Positions 38,874 to 47,356 of a stretch of DNA of 59,264 bases are shown piece by piece (positions within the stretch are counted from its first letter, which is position 1; every line of letters starts with the position of its first letter). A program made the position numbers and the translations under genes. The notes beneath the pieces are model-generated. The model was not told where the DNA came from, did no database searches, and was given only the letters and a program-made list of their open reading frames with translations. The stretch is taken from assembly GCA_041946735.1 (NCBI GenBank), contig JBHGAY010000031.1:1-59264 (forward strand). Reading direction: 5' to 3'. Source of the stretch: Candidatus Eiseniibacteriota bacterium (GTDB lineage Bacteria; Eisenbacteria; RBG-16-71-46; CAIMUX01; VGJL01).

Positions 38874-40442
38874 CTAGTGCGCGACGTCGACGACCCGCAT
38901 CTCGCGGATCACGACGACCTTGATCTGCCCAGGATAATGGAGCTGCTTCTCGATCTTGCGGGCGATCTCGGTCGCGAGCCCGTTCGCGCCGTCGTCCGAG
39001 ATGACCCGGTGATCGACCAGGATCCGCACCTCGCGGCCCGCCTGGATCGCGAACGATCGCTCGACCCCCGGGAAGGAGTTGGCTATCTCCTCGAGCTTCT
39101 GCAGCCGCCGCACGTACGCCTCGAGCGACTCCCGCCGCGCCCCCGGCCGCGCTCCGGAGATCGCATCGGCGGCGGAGACGAGGACCGAGACGATGCCGTC
39201 TCCTTCCCTCTCTCCGTGATGCGCGCCGACCGCGGAGCAGACGATCTCCCCCTCGCCGTGGCGGCGGAGGAACTCCATCCCGATCTGCGCGTGAGGGCCT
39301 TCCTGCTCCTGATCGATCGCCTTGCCGATGTCGTGCAGCAGGCCGGCTCTCCGGACGACGTCGGCATCGATGCCCACCTCGGCAGCCAGCATCGAGGCGA
39401 TCCGGGCGACCTCGATCGAGTGCTTCAGCACGTTCTGGCCGGAGCTGGAACGGAAGCGAAGGCGCCCGAGCATGTCGGTCACCTCGGGGGCGAGGCCATG
39501 GATCCCCATCTCCACGGCGACCTTCTCCCCCGCCTCGCGAACGCCCGCTTCCACCTCCGCCGTCACCCTCTGGACGACCTCCTCGATGCGCGCGGGATGG
39601 ATCCGCCCATCGGTGATCAGGCGCTCGAGCGCGATGCGCGCGACGTCCCGCCGGACCGGGTCGAAGCCGGCCAGCAGGACGGCCTCCGGGGTGTCATCGA
39701 TGATCACGTCGATGCCGGTCGCCATCTCGAAGGCGCGGATGTTGCGACCCTCGCGGCCGATGATCCTGCCCTTCATCTCGTCGTTCGGGAGCGGGACGAC
39801 GGTGACGGTCGACTCGATCGACTGCTCCGTCGCCAGGCGCTGGACCGCGATCAGGAGCAGGCGCTTCGCTTCGTCCTGCGCGTCGCGCGCCGCCGCTTCG
39901 CGCATCCGCTGGGCGAGCCGCGCCGACTCCCCGCGCAACTCGTCCTCCAGGTTGCGCCATAGCTCCCGGCGCGCCTCGGCGAGGGTCAGGCCCGCGATCC
40001 GCTCGAGCTGCGCGGTTTGCTCCTGGACCTTCTGGCGAAGACGCGACTCTTCCTCGGCGAGTCGCTGGCGCGTCGCCTCGATCTCGCGACGCTCGCTCTG
40101 GAGGGTTTGACGGAGGGCGTCCATCGTCTCGCGGTCGCGGCGCAGCTGGGCCTCGAGCTCGTCGGCCACGCGGGAGCGCTGCTCGAGCTCCGCGCGAACG
40201 GTCCGCGTCTGGCTCTCGAAGCGCTCCGACTCGCGCAGGACCGCCTCGCGGGCTTCGAGCACCGCCGTCTTGCGGGCGAGGTCGGCTTCGTTTCGTGCCT
40301 TTTCGAGAAGGGAGGCGGCCTCTTCACGGGATAGGGCGGACCGGCGGGCGCTCGCGGCCCGCTGAATCAGAAAGCCGGTCAGGAAACCGGCGCCGACGAA
40401 GAGAAGCCCGAGCCCGATCAGCACCGGCCAGGCATCCTGCAT
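38874..40442 (-). CDS. rny: Ribonuclease Y
   Basis: N-terminal TM, coiled coil, KH (MKGRIIGREGRNIR), HD (LLHDIGK), ADAISGARPGARRE. Confidence 0.96.
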   Translation of the reverse strand: MQDAWPVLIGLGLLFVGAGFLTGFLIQRAASARRSALSREEAASLLEKARNEADLARKTAVLEAREAVLRESERFESQTRTVRAELEQRSRVADELEAQLRRDRETMDALRQTLQSERREIEATRQRLAEEESRLRQKVQEQTAQLERIAGLTLAEARRELWRNLEDELRGESARLAQRMREAAARDAQDEAKRLLLIAVQRLATEQSIESTVTVVPLPNDEMKGRIIGREGRNIRAFEMATGIDVIIDDTPEAVLLAGFDPVRRDVARIALERLITDGRIHPARIEEVVQRVTAEVEAGVREAGEKVAVEMGIHGLAPEVTDMLGRLRFRSSSGQNVLKHSIEVARIASMLAAEVGIDADVVRRAGLLHDIGKAIDQEQEGPHAQIGMEFLRRHGEGEIVCSAVGAHHGEREGDGIVSVLVSAADAISGARPGARRESLEAYVRRLQKLEEIANSFPGVERSFAIQAGREVRILVDHRVISDDGANGLATEIARKIEKQLHYPGQIKVVVIREMRVVDVAH

Positions 40443-40511
40443 CGGCAGCCTCCTGCTCGTCTACTTTCCGCTCGTCGCCCTTGGCGCGGGGGCTCGATCA
40501 CGAGAGAAAAA

Positions 40512-40699
40512 CGGGAAGACCCCCGCCACCCGCCGTATGACGCGAACTCTTGAACCTGGCTTCACCAGGTGGGCGTCCGGTCCGGCCCGGCCGTCCCCGT
40601 CGCAACGGGGTCAGCTCCTAGCCTTCTCCTCGACTCCCTTCGAGAAACTGTTGGCTCAAGATGTCCTGCGTCACCACGAACAGGGCAGGGATCTTCCCG
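40512..40699 (-). ncRNA. ssrS: 6S RNA
   Basis: Position between zapA and rny. Long self-complementary rod: CGGGAAGATCCCTGC/GCGGGGGTCTTCCCG, GTGGTGACGC/GCGTCATAC, TCTTGAGCC/GGTTCAAGA, with unpaired AACAGTTT and CCCACC flanking a central bubble. Confidence 0.88.
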
Positions 40700-40705
40700 A
40701 ACCGT

Positions 40706-41008
40706 TCAGTCGGGAATCGCGATCGGGAGGCAGTCCGCCTCGAGACGCGCGCGCATCGCGCGGGTCCGATCCTCGATCCCACGAAGCTCTTCTTCGTGCT
40801 CCCTCCGCTGCCGGAACAGATCCTCGGCGATGTTCAGACTGGCCAGGATCAGGAGGCTGCGGAGAGGGAGGCCTTCGTTGCGCTGCCGCACCTCGTCGAC
40901 TTTCGCGCCGACGTAAGCGGCGATCGCCTCCACCTCTTCCGCCGTACCACCTCGAATGTGGAACGGTTCCCCCAGGATCCTGACCGTGACGGCGTTGTCG
41001 TCGTCCAT
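40706..41008 (-). CDS. zapA: Cell division protein ZapA
   Basis: VTVRILGEPFHI, IAAYV, ILASLNIAEDLF; GAGGAG RBS; precedes 6S RNA. Confidence 0.88.
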   Translation of the reverse strand: MDDDNAVTVRILGEPFHIRGGTAEEVEAIAAYVGAKVDEVRQRNEGLPLRSLLILASLNIAEDLFRQRREHEEELRGIEDRTRAMRARLEADCLPIAIPD

Positions 41009-41077
41009 CTCCTCGTCCACGAGATGCGCCCGCACGAGCCGCGCCGATCCCGCCTCGTCGATTCCGGCGGGTCCGGC

Positions 41078-41150
41078 CGATGCATTCGATGCGCCCCATG
41101 CGCCCGATGCGTACGAAGCGTCCGCTCCGGCGAATCCGGCGAATCCGGCT
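41078..41150. repeat. Degenerate 9-nt tandem repeat between zapB and zapA
   Basis: cgatgcatt cgatgcgcc ccatgcgcc cgatgcgta cgaagcgtc cgctccggc gaatccggc gaatccggc. Confidence 0.65.
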
Positions 41151-41258
41151 CGGCCGCCCTCCACGGGGTCTGTGCCGATCGGGCCGTGGACGGAACTTCC
41201 GGCCGGGTCCGAGGAAGAGCCCGTCACCGACTCGCCCCGTGATTCGCTCGTAGGCAGT

Positions 41259-41465
41259 CTAGAGTTCCAGGCGGAGAGCGTCAACTCTGTCGACCAGACG
41301 CGCGATCCGCTCGGCGAGAGCGGTGCGCTCCTCGCTCCATCGCTGCTCCCGCTGCTCGAGCTCGGCCAGCCGTGTGGCGAGCTTCTGGTTCTCTTCACGC
41401 AGGGCGCGGACCGTCTCCGCCGCTTCGGCGATCCTCTCCTCGAGCTTGTCGAGCTCCGCCAGCAT
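41259..41465 (-). CDS. zapB: ZapB-like coiled-coil protein
   Basis: 68-aa coiled coil LDKLEERIAEAAETVRALREEN, upstream of zapA. Confidence 0.7.
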   Translation of the reverse strand: MLAELDKLEERIAEAAETVRALREENQKLATRLAELEQREQRWSEERTALAERIARLVDRVDALRLEL

Positions 41466-41467
41466 CG

Positions 41468-41851
41468 CTACGCGCTCGTCGGAGCGGAAGGCGATGCTGC
41501 CAGGTGCGCGCGGGCCTCCTCGACGACCCTCCGGAACGCCTCGGCGTCATGGATGGCCATCTCGGAGAGCTGCTTGCGGTCGATCAGGATCTCCCCCTTC
41601 TTCATTCCGCTGATCAGCTGGCTGTAGGAGAGCCCGTGCATGCGGACCGCGGCGTTGATCCGTTGGATCCACAGCCGGCGCATCTGGCGCTTGCGCACGC
41701 GGCGATCCCGATACGCGTACTGCATTCCGCGGAGGACGTTCTCCTTCGCGGTGCGGAGCAGGCGGCTGCGTCCGCCGAAGCCACCCTTGGCCGCCTTCAG
41801 CGTCTTCTTCTTGCGTGCCTTGCTCGGCACGACTCCTTGTGCTCTTGGCAT
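41468..41851 (-). CDS. rplT: 50S ribosomal protein L20
   Basis: MPRA, AKG, YAYRDRRVRKRQMRRLWIQRINAA, IDRKQLSEMA. Confidence 0.97.
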   Translation of the reverse strand: MPRAQGVVPSKARKKKTLKAAKGGFGGRSRLLRTAKENVLRGMQYAYRDRRVRKRQMRRLWIQRINAAVRMHGLSYSQLISGMKKGEILIDRKQLSEMAIHDAEAFRRVVEEARAHLAASPSAPTSA

Positions 41852-41872
41852 CGTGTTCCTCCCCGCTGAAGG

Positions 41873-42067
41873 CTACTTCAGGATCTGGCGCCGGATTCTC
41901 GACTTGTCCGCGTCGGAGACCAACGTTCCCTGACGGAGCTTCCTCTTGCGCTTGCGGCTCTTTCCGGTGAGCAGGTGGCCCTTGTTGGCCTTGCGTCGGC
42001 GCACTTCGCCGCCGCCGGTCAGCCGGAATCTCTTGGCGGACGACTTGCGCGTCTTGATCTTCGGCAT
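41873..42067 (-). CDS. rpmI: 50S ribosomal protein L35
   Basis: [18 protein letters not shown]...HLL..K..KRKRKLR. Confidence 0.97.
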   Translation of the reverse strand: MPKIKTRKSSAKRFRLTGGGEVRRRKANKGHLLTGKSRKRKRKLRQGTLVSDADKSRIRRQILK

Positions 42068-42077
42068 CGCTCCTCCC

Positions 42078-42710
42078 TCAGGATCCCTGGGTCGCGGCGC
42101 TTGGCAGGTTCTTGGACTCCGAGGGAGCCTTCCCGTCGGCCCGCGCCTCCTCCTCGTCGGAGAATTCGTCGGACTCCTTCGGCAGATCCTTCAGATCCTT
42201 GCGGGGGGCCATGATCATGACAAGCGCCCGTCCTTCCATCAGTGGCTTCGATTCGACGAACCCGACGTCGGACAGATCCTCGACCACTTTCTCCAGCAAG
42301 GCCGCACCGAGCTCCGAATGCGTCATCTCCCGACCACGGAAGATGCATGTGAACTTCACCTTGTCGCGTCCCTGCAGGAACCGCCGCGCATTGCGGAGCT
42401 TGAAGGCGAAGTCGTGCTCCTCGATCTTCGGCCGCAGCTTCACTTCCTTGATCTGGTAGATGTGCTGCTTCTTCTTCGCCTGGCGGTCATGCTTGGACTG
42501 CTCGTACTTGAACTTCCCGAAGTCCATGATCCGGCACACGGGAGGCCGGGCCTTGGGCGCCACCTCCACGAGATCGGCGTTTTGCTGCTGCGCCAGCTTC
42601 AGGGCTTCGGAGATCGCCATCACGCCGAGCTGATTGCCCTCGGACGAGATGACCCGGACCATCGGGACCCGGATCCGATCGTTGATCCGGACTTCCGGTT
42701 GTTTGGCGAT
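42078..42710 (-). CDS. infC: Translation initiation factor IF-3 (probable ATC start)
   Basis: [53 protein letters not shown] then GTGCCC then ATC. Confidence 0.96.
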   Translation of the reverse strand: MAKQPEVRINDRIRVPMVRVISSEGNQLGVMAISEALKLAQQQNADLVEVAPKARPPVCRIMDFGKFKYEQSKHDRQAKKKQHIYQIKEVKLRPKIEEHDFAFKLRNARRFLQGRDKVKFTCIFRGREMTHSELGAALLEKVVEDLSDVGFVESKPLMEGRALVMIMAPRKDLKDLPKESDEFSDEEEARADGKAPSESKNLPSAATQGS

Positions 42711-42778
42711 GGGCACTCACCTCCTTCTAGCTGCTGCCCCAGGTTCCCGCGTGCGCCATAGGAGCCGCCCCAAAAAGC

Positions 42779-42800
42779 GAAAAGGCGGCCGAAGCCGCCT
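42779..42800 (-). terminator. Intrinsic terminator/attenuator upstream of infC
   Basis: AGGCGGC-TTCG-GCCGCCT-TTTT then CGCTTTTT. Confidence 0.75.
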
Positions 42801-42888
42801 CCCGATGTGCGGGGCACAATACAGCCCCGCGCGACCGGACCCAGCCTGGCCGAAGAAGGCCGGCGGGTGAGAAGCAAGCTCCTACTTT
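42779..42888 (-). promoter_or_regulatory. L20 leader-like cis-regulatory RNA
   Basis: AAAGTAGGAGCTTGCTTCTCACCC motif, following stems and a terminator, directly upstream of infC-rpmI-rplT. Confidence 0.65.
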
Positions 42889-42944
42889 GCGTCGCGTCTG
42901 CCCCGCCGCCAAGCGGCGGAACATCGAGTATGGAACGAGAGAAG

Positions 42945-43021
42945 TGGTGGGCGATAGTGGAGTTGAACCACTGACCTCTTGCATGTCAAGCAAGCACTCT
43001 AACCAACTGAGCTAATCGCCC
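42945..43021 (-). tRNA. tRNA-Val(GAC), CCA encoded
   Basis: GGGCGATTAGCTCAGTTGGTTAGAGTG CTTGC TT-GAC-AT GCAAG AGGTC AGTGG TTCAACT CCACT ATCGCCC ACCA. Confidence 0.97.
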
Positions 43022-43039
43022 ACATCCGCTCAGACCGGC

Positions 43040-43068
43040 AGTCTACGGGCAGCACCCGAACCTGTCAA
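43040..43068 (-). promoter_or_regulatory. sigma70 promoter for tRNA-Val/infC
   Basis: TTGACA-N17-TAGACT followed by a GC-rich discriminator; the -35 overlaps the aroF stop codon. Confidence 0.75.
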
Positions 43069-44252
43069 CGCTCATCCCGGCGGTCGGGCCGGGCCCGCGC
43101 GGCCGCCGGACCGGCCGCCGGCGGCACCCGCCTCGCCGAGGTCGCGGTGGAGGAGGAGCCGGCCCCAAGCGGAGGCGCCGCCCCAGGCGGAGGCGCCGGC
43201 GCGGGCGGAGGCGCGGGGACTGGCCCGGCCACGGGCGGCACCCGCCTCCCGAGGGTCGCGGCGATCGCCCGGACCTGCTCGGCCAGCTCGGCGAAATCCT
43301 CGGGCGGCAGGCTCTGCGGTCCGTCGCAGAGCGCCTCCTCCGGACGCGGATGCACCTCCACCAGCAGCCCGTCGCAGCCCGCCGCCACGGCGGCGCGCGC
43401 CATCGGAAGGACCTTGTTCCGCACTCCCACCGCGTGGCTGGGATCGATCACGACGGGAAGGTGCGACAGCTCCTTCACGACCGGCACGGCGCTCAGGTCG
43501 AGCGTGTTGCGGGTGTAGGAGCCGCCGAAGGTGCGGATCCCCCGCTCGCAGACGATCACCTGCCGGTTGCCCCCCGACATGATGTACTCGGCGGCCATCA
43601 ACCATTCGTCGAGCGTCGAGGACATCCCGCGCTTGAGGAGGACCGGCCGGTCGGTCTGGCCGAGCGCCTGCAGCAGGGTGAAGTTCTGCACGTTCCTCGC
43701 TCCGACCTGAAGGATGTCGACGTAGGGCAGCATCGTCTCGAGCTGGCTGATGTCCATGATCTCGCTGACGACCGCCATCCCCAGCTCGTCCGCCGCGCTC
43801 CGCAGGATCTGCAGCCCCGCCAGCCCGAGCCCCTGGAACGAGTATGGCGAAGTGCGCGGCTTGAACGCGCCTCCCCGCAACACCCGCGCGCCGGCCCGAT
43901 AGACGGCCCGAGCGACCGACCGAACCTGCTCCTCCCCTTCCACGGCGCAGGGGCCGGCCATCAGCACCATTTCCTCGCCGCCGAACTCGACGCCGCCGAT
44001 CCGGATCATGGTGTTCTCCGGCTGGAAGGCGCGGCTCGCCAGCTTGAACGGGTGCGGGATGCGCGAGACGGAGGCGACGCCGGGCTGGGCCGCGATCTCG
44101 TCGAGGGCGATCGAGATCCCCTCGCTCACCGCGCAGATCCGGTCGCCATCGGGGTGCGGGCGATGATGGACCGTGCAGCCGCGCGAGAGCAGCCACTGCA
44201 TCACGTGCTGGATATGCTGCGGCCCGGCATCGCGCGCGAAGAGGATCTTCAT
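43065..44252 (-). CDS. aroF: 3-deoxy-7-phosphoheptulonate (DAHP) synthase, type I-beta with N-terminal regulatory domain
   Basis: [55 protein letters not shown]. Confidence 0.94.
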   Translation of the reverse strand: MKILFARDAGPQHIQHVMQWLLSRGCTVHHRPHPDGDRICAVSEGISIALDEIAAQPGVASVSRIPHPFKLASRAFQPENTMIRIGGVEFGGEEMVLMAGPCAVEGEEQVRSVARAVYRAGARVLRGGAFKPRTSPYSFQGLGLAGLQILRSAADELGMAVVSEIMDISQLETMLPYVDILQVGARNVQNFTLLQALGQTDRPVLLKRGMSSTLDEWLMAAEYIMSGGNRQVIVCERGIRTFGGSYTRNTLDLSAVPVVKELSHLPVVIDPSHAVGVRNKVLPMARAAVAAGCDGLLVEVHPRPEEALCDGPQSLPPEDFAELAEQVRAIAATLGRRVPPVAGPVPAPPPAPAPPPGAAPPLGAGSSSTATSARRVPPAAGPAAARARPDRRDER

Positions 44253-44279
44253 CGTCGATCGCCCGGCGAGCGGGACTTC

Positions 44280-45329
44280 TTACGCCTTCTCGTCCCAGCG
44301 GACGGTCCGCGGGCCTTCCTCGAGGCTTCCCAAGCGGACCGGCGTCGTCCCCCGCTCTTCGAGGGCGCGGATCCAATCCCCCTCGGCGGACTCCGGGACG
44401 ATCAGGATGTAGCCGATCCCCATGTTGAAGACCGAGAACATCTCGTCCTCGCCGACCCGGCCGATCGCGGCGAGTGCGCGGAACAGCGGCGGTGTCGTCC
44501 AGGCGCGGCGCGAAACGACCGCGGAGTGCTTCTCACCGATCACGCGCGGCAGGTTCTCCGGAATCCCGCCTCCCGTGATGTGCGCCATCGCGTGGATCGG
44601 GAGCCGCCCGAGGAGGCCCTGCAGAAGCGGCAGGTACATCCGATGGCGGGCGAGCAGCGCGTCGGCGACCGTCGTCGCGGTCCCCGGGATCGTCTCGTCG
44701 AGTCCCAGGCCCGCCTCCTCGAGGAGGATGTGGCGGGCGAGCGAATAGCCGTTGGTGTGGAGCCCATCGGAAGGCAGCCCGAGCAGGCGGTCCCCGGGAC
44801 GCGAGGCGCGGCCGTCGACGAGGTCCGCGCGGGCGACGTCGCCGACGATGCAGCCGACGAGGTCCAGCTCTCCGGGCGGGTACATGCCCGGCATCTCCGC
44901 CGTCTCGCCGCCGATCAGCGCGCAGCCCGCAAGGGTGCAGGCTTCCACCATCCCGCCGACCAGGCGATCGACGACATCCGGATCGATGCTTCCCGCGCCG
45001 ATGTAGTCGAGGAAGAAGAGCGGGCGCGCGCCGTGGACCAGGATGTCGTTCACGCAGTGCGAGACGATGTCGTAGCCGACCCCCTCCCACCGTCCCGCCA
45101 TCCCGGCCAGGCGCAGCTTCGTGCCCACCCCGTCCATGCTGGTGACGAGGAGCCGCTCCGATCCTGGATCGGGATAGGAGAAGAAGCCGGCGAAGGCGCC
45201 GATCTGGCTCTCCACCCTGGGGCCGAACGTGGAGCGGACGCGCGCGCGGATCCGCCGGACCGACTCGTTGCCGCTCTCCAAGGAAACCCCCGCCTCCTTG
45301 TAGCGCGGGGCGCGATCCGATTCGCTCAT
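44280..45329 (-). CDS. purM: Phosphoribosylformylglycinamidine cyclo-ligase
   Basis: YKEAGV, DGVGTK, CVNDI, FFLDY, GGETAEMPG, GLHTNGYSL, HITGGG, FNMGIG. Confidence 0.96.
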   Translation of the reverse strand: MSESDRAPRYKEAGVSLESGNESVRRIRARVRSTFGPRVESQIGAFAGFFSYPDPGSERLLVTSMDGVGTKLRLAGMAGRWEGVGYDIVSHCVNDILVHGARPLFFLDYIGAGSIDPDVVDRLVGGMVEACTLAGCALIGGETAEMPGMYPPGELDLVGCIVGDVARADLVDGRASRPGDRLLGLPSDGLHTNGYSLARHILLEEAGLGLDETIPGTATTVADALLARHRMYLPLLQGLLGRLPIHAMAHITGGGIPENLPRVIGEKHSAVVSRRAWTTPPLFRALAAIGRVGEDEMFSVFNMGIGYILIVPESAEGDWIRALEERGTTPVRLGSLEEGPRTVRWDEKA

Positions 45330-46042
45330 GACTCGGGGTTCTCCTCCACGTCGTACTCGATTTCGCCCCCCATCCCTCGATAGGGGCCGAGCACCCGGTT
45401 CACCGCATCGAGGACGGCCCCCGCGGCCGCCTCGAGAGGCCCGCGACGCAGCGAGCAGGTTCCGATCAGCGAGCGCTCGCCGACCGGACGCAGCCAGATC
45501 AGGTGCGCGAGCAGGATCGGCAGCTCTCCCAGGTGGATGCGCCGGATCTCCTGCACGTGGACCGAAAGCTCTCCGTCGGTGATGCGGCGCACTGCCTCCA
45601 CCGTCGCCTCGGCGATCGCCCGCGCCTCGTTCGCGCGGATCGCGGGCAGCTCGCAGCTGCCTCGCGACGTCTGCTCGCCGTCGTGCAGCTCGACGGTCGC
45701 GCGGATCTTCTCTCCCTCGCGCGCCATCTGCACGGATGCGAGACGGGGCCGGCTCGGCTCGGATCCCGCAAGCTCCGCCGGCGAGGCGATCGGCGCCGAG
45801 CCCGCGACGCTGATCTTCTGATACGGGACGCGAACGCCGTAGCGCGCGAAGAGCGTCGTCACCACGTCCCGGACGATCCATTTCGGACGCCGGGTCGGGT
45901 CGGCTACGACGTGCACCTCGGTGATCTCCCCGTTCTCCGCTTGCAGTCGCGCGGAGTGGACTCCGTGGATCCGGGCGAGGTCCAATTCCATCTGGCGGAT
46001 TCGATCGGCCTGCATCGTCGTGTCCTTCGTGAAGTCCGTCAC
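45326..46042 (-). CDS. Conserved-looking hypothetical protein
   Basis: Globular composition (ITEVHVVAD.RRPKWIVRDV...KISVA; AVLDAVNR); tightly packed between pfkB and purM; start GTG 46042 or ATG 46015. Confidence 0.75.
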   Translation of the reverse strand: MTDFTKDTTMQADRIRQMELDLARIHGVHSARLQAENGEITEVHVVADPTRRPKWIVRDVVTTLFARYGVRVPYQKISVAGSAPIASPAELAGSEPSRPRLASVQMAREGEKIRATVELHDGEQTSRGSCELPAIRANEARAIAEATVEAVRRITDGELSVHVQEIRRIHLGELPILLAHLIWLRPVGERSLIGTCSLRRGPLEAAAGAVLDAVNRVLGPYRGMGGEIEYDVEENPES

Positions 46043-46049
46043 CTTCGCG

Positions 46050-46961
46050 TCACTCCGGATCGAAGCGTGTCATTTGATGGAGCGCGCGCACCCGCGAGCG
46101 AAGCTCGGCCTCGGTCGCGCGCGTGACGCCATCGACGCCGAACTCCTCGACCGAGAAGGAGGCGACGGCGGTCCCGGAGGCGATGGCGCGGCGCAGCGCC
46201 GGCTCCTCGAGGCTTCCCTCCTGGCAGAGGCGTCCGATCATCCCGCCGGCGAAGGAGTCGCCCGCGCCGGTCGGGTCCTTGAGCCCCTCGACCGGGTAGG
46301 CAGGAAGGGAGAACCATCCGCGCTCCGTGCGCGCGATCGCCCCGAACTCCCCCCGCTTGATGACGACGACCGACGGCCCCATCATGCGGATCCCCTCGGC
46401 CGCCTTCAGGATGTTCTCCGAGCCGGTCAGCTGGCGGGCCTCGGCGTCATTGAGGAGGAAGAGCTGGACGCGGCGCAGCACGCGCAGCAGCTCGCTTCGG
46501 CGATGGGTGATCCAGTAGTTCATCGTGTCCATGGCGAGCAGCCAGGGAGAGGAGAGCTGGTCGAGCACCTCTTCCTGGAGCAGCGGGTCGATGTTGCCGA
46601 GGAAGACCGCCTCGGATCTCCGGTAGAGCTCCGGCAGAACCGGATGGAACGCTTCGAAGACGTTCAGCTCCGTCGCCAGCGTGGTGCGGTCGTTCATGTC
46701 GATCCCGTATCGCCCTTCCCAGCGGAAGGTTCGGCCGGGAAGCACCTGAAGCCCGGCGAGATCGATCCGGCGGCCGCGAAAGGCCGCCGTGTGCTCCTCG
46801 GTGAAGTCTTCGCCGACGACGGCGACGACGCGGACGGGGGCGAAGAGACTGGCCGCGAGCGAGAAGTAGCTCGCCGACCCGCCGAGGCAGTCGTCCCGGC
46901 TCGCGGAAGAGGTATGGATCGTGTCGAACGCGACCGAGCCGACGACCAGGATCTCCTTCAC
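46050..46961 (-). CDS. PfkB-family carbohydrate/nucleoside kinase
   Basis: VVGSVAFD, LGGSASY, LNDAEA, IKRGEFGA, DPTGAGDSFAGG. Confidence 0.92.
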   Translation of the reverse strand: MKEILVVGSVAFDTIHTSSASRDDCLGGSASYFSLAASLFAPVRVVAVVGEDFTEEHTAAFRGRRIDLAGLQVLPGRTFRWEGRYGIDMNDRTTLATELNVFEAFHPVLPELYRRSEAVFLGNIDPLLQEEVLDQLSSPWLLAMDTMNYWITHRRSELLRVLRRVQLFLLNDAEARQLTGSENILKAAEGIRMMGPSVVVIKRGEFGAIARTERGWFSLPAYPVEGLKDPTGAGDSFAGGMIGRLCQEGSLEEPALRRAIASGTAVASFSVEEFGVDGVTRATEAELRSRVRALHQMTRFDPE

Positions 46962-47356
46962 CCTTCCTGCCTCCGCCGGGGAGCGCGATCCCGCACACGG
47001 GTCGTCTTCGCATCCCCCCACAGCCTCTCGAGCATGTAGTAGCCGCGCGTCTCGTGATGGAACACGTGCGCGACGACATCGACGAAATCGAGGAGCACCC
47101 AGCGCCGGTGGGTCTTCCCCTCGACGTGCCATGGCGGCTGCCCGCGCTCCCGCAGCTTCGCCTCGATGTGATCCGCGATCGCCAGCACCTGCTGCTCGGA
47201 GCCGGCCGAGCAGATCACGAAGAAGTCGCACGCGGCCGAGAGGTCGCCAAGGTCGAGGATCTCGACCTCTTCCGCCTTCTTCTCCAGGGCGAGTGCCGCG
47301 ATCCGGCGTGCGAGGCTCTTCGGCTTCAGCGGCCGGGGAGCGCGCACCGGCGTCAA
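46958..47356 (-). CDS. rsfS: Ribosome silencing factor
   Basis: EKKAEEVEILDL, DFFVICS, WVLLDFVDVVAHVF, YYMLERLWGDA; start TTG 47356 or GTG 47347. Confidence 0.93.
   Translation of the reverse strand: MTPVRAPRPLKPKSLARRIAALALEKKAEEVEILDLGDLSAACDFFVICSAGSEQQVLAIADHIEAKLRERGQPPWHVEGKTHRRWVLLDFVDVVAHVFHHETRGYYMLERLWGDAKTTRVRDRAPRRRQEG

Noticed and set aside
41009..41398. Long N-terminal extension of ZapA (and similar extensions on trpB, trpC, gmhB, nadK, folD, purM, rsfS ORFs)
   Set aside because: Low-complexity or overlapping upstream genes; better starts with RBS or stop/start overlaps lie downstream.
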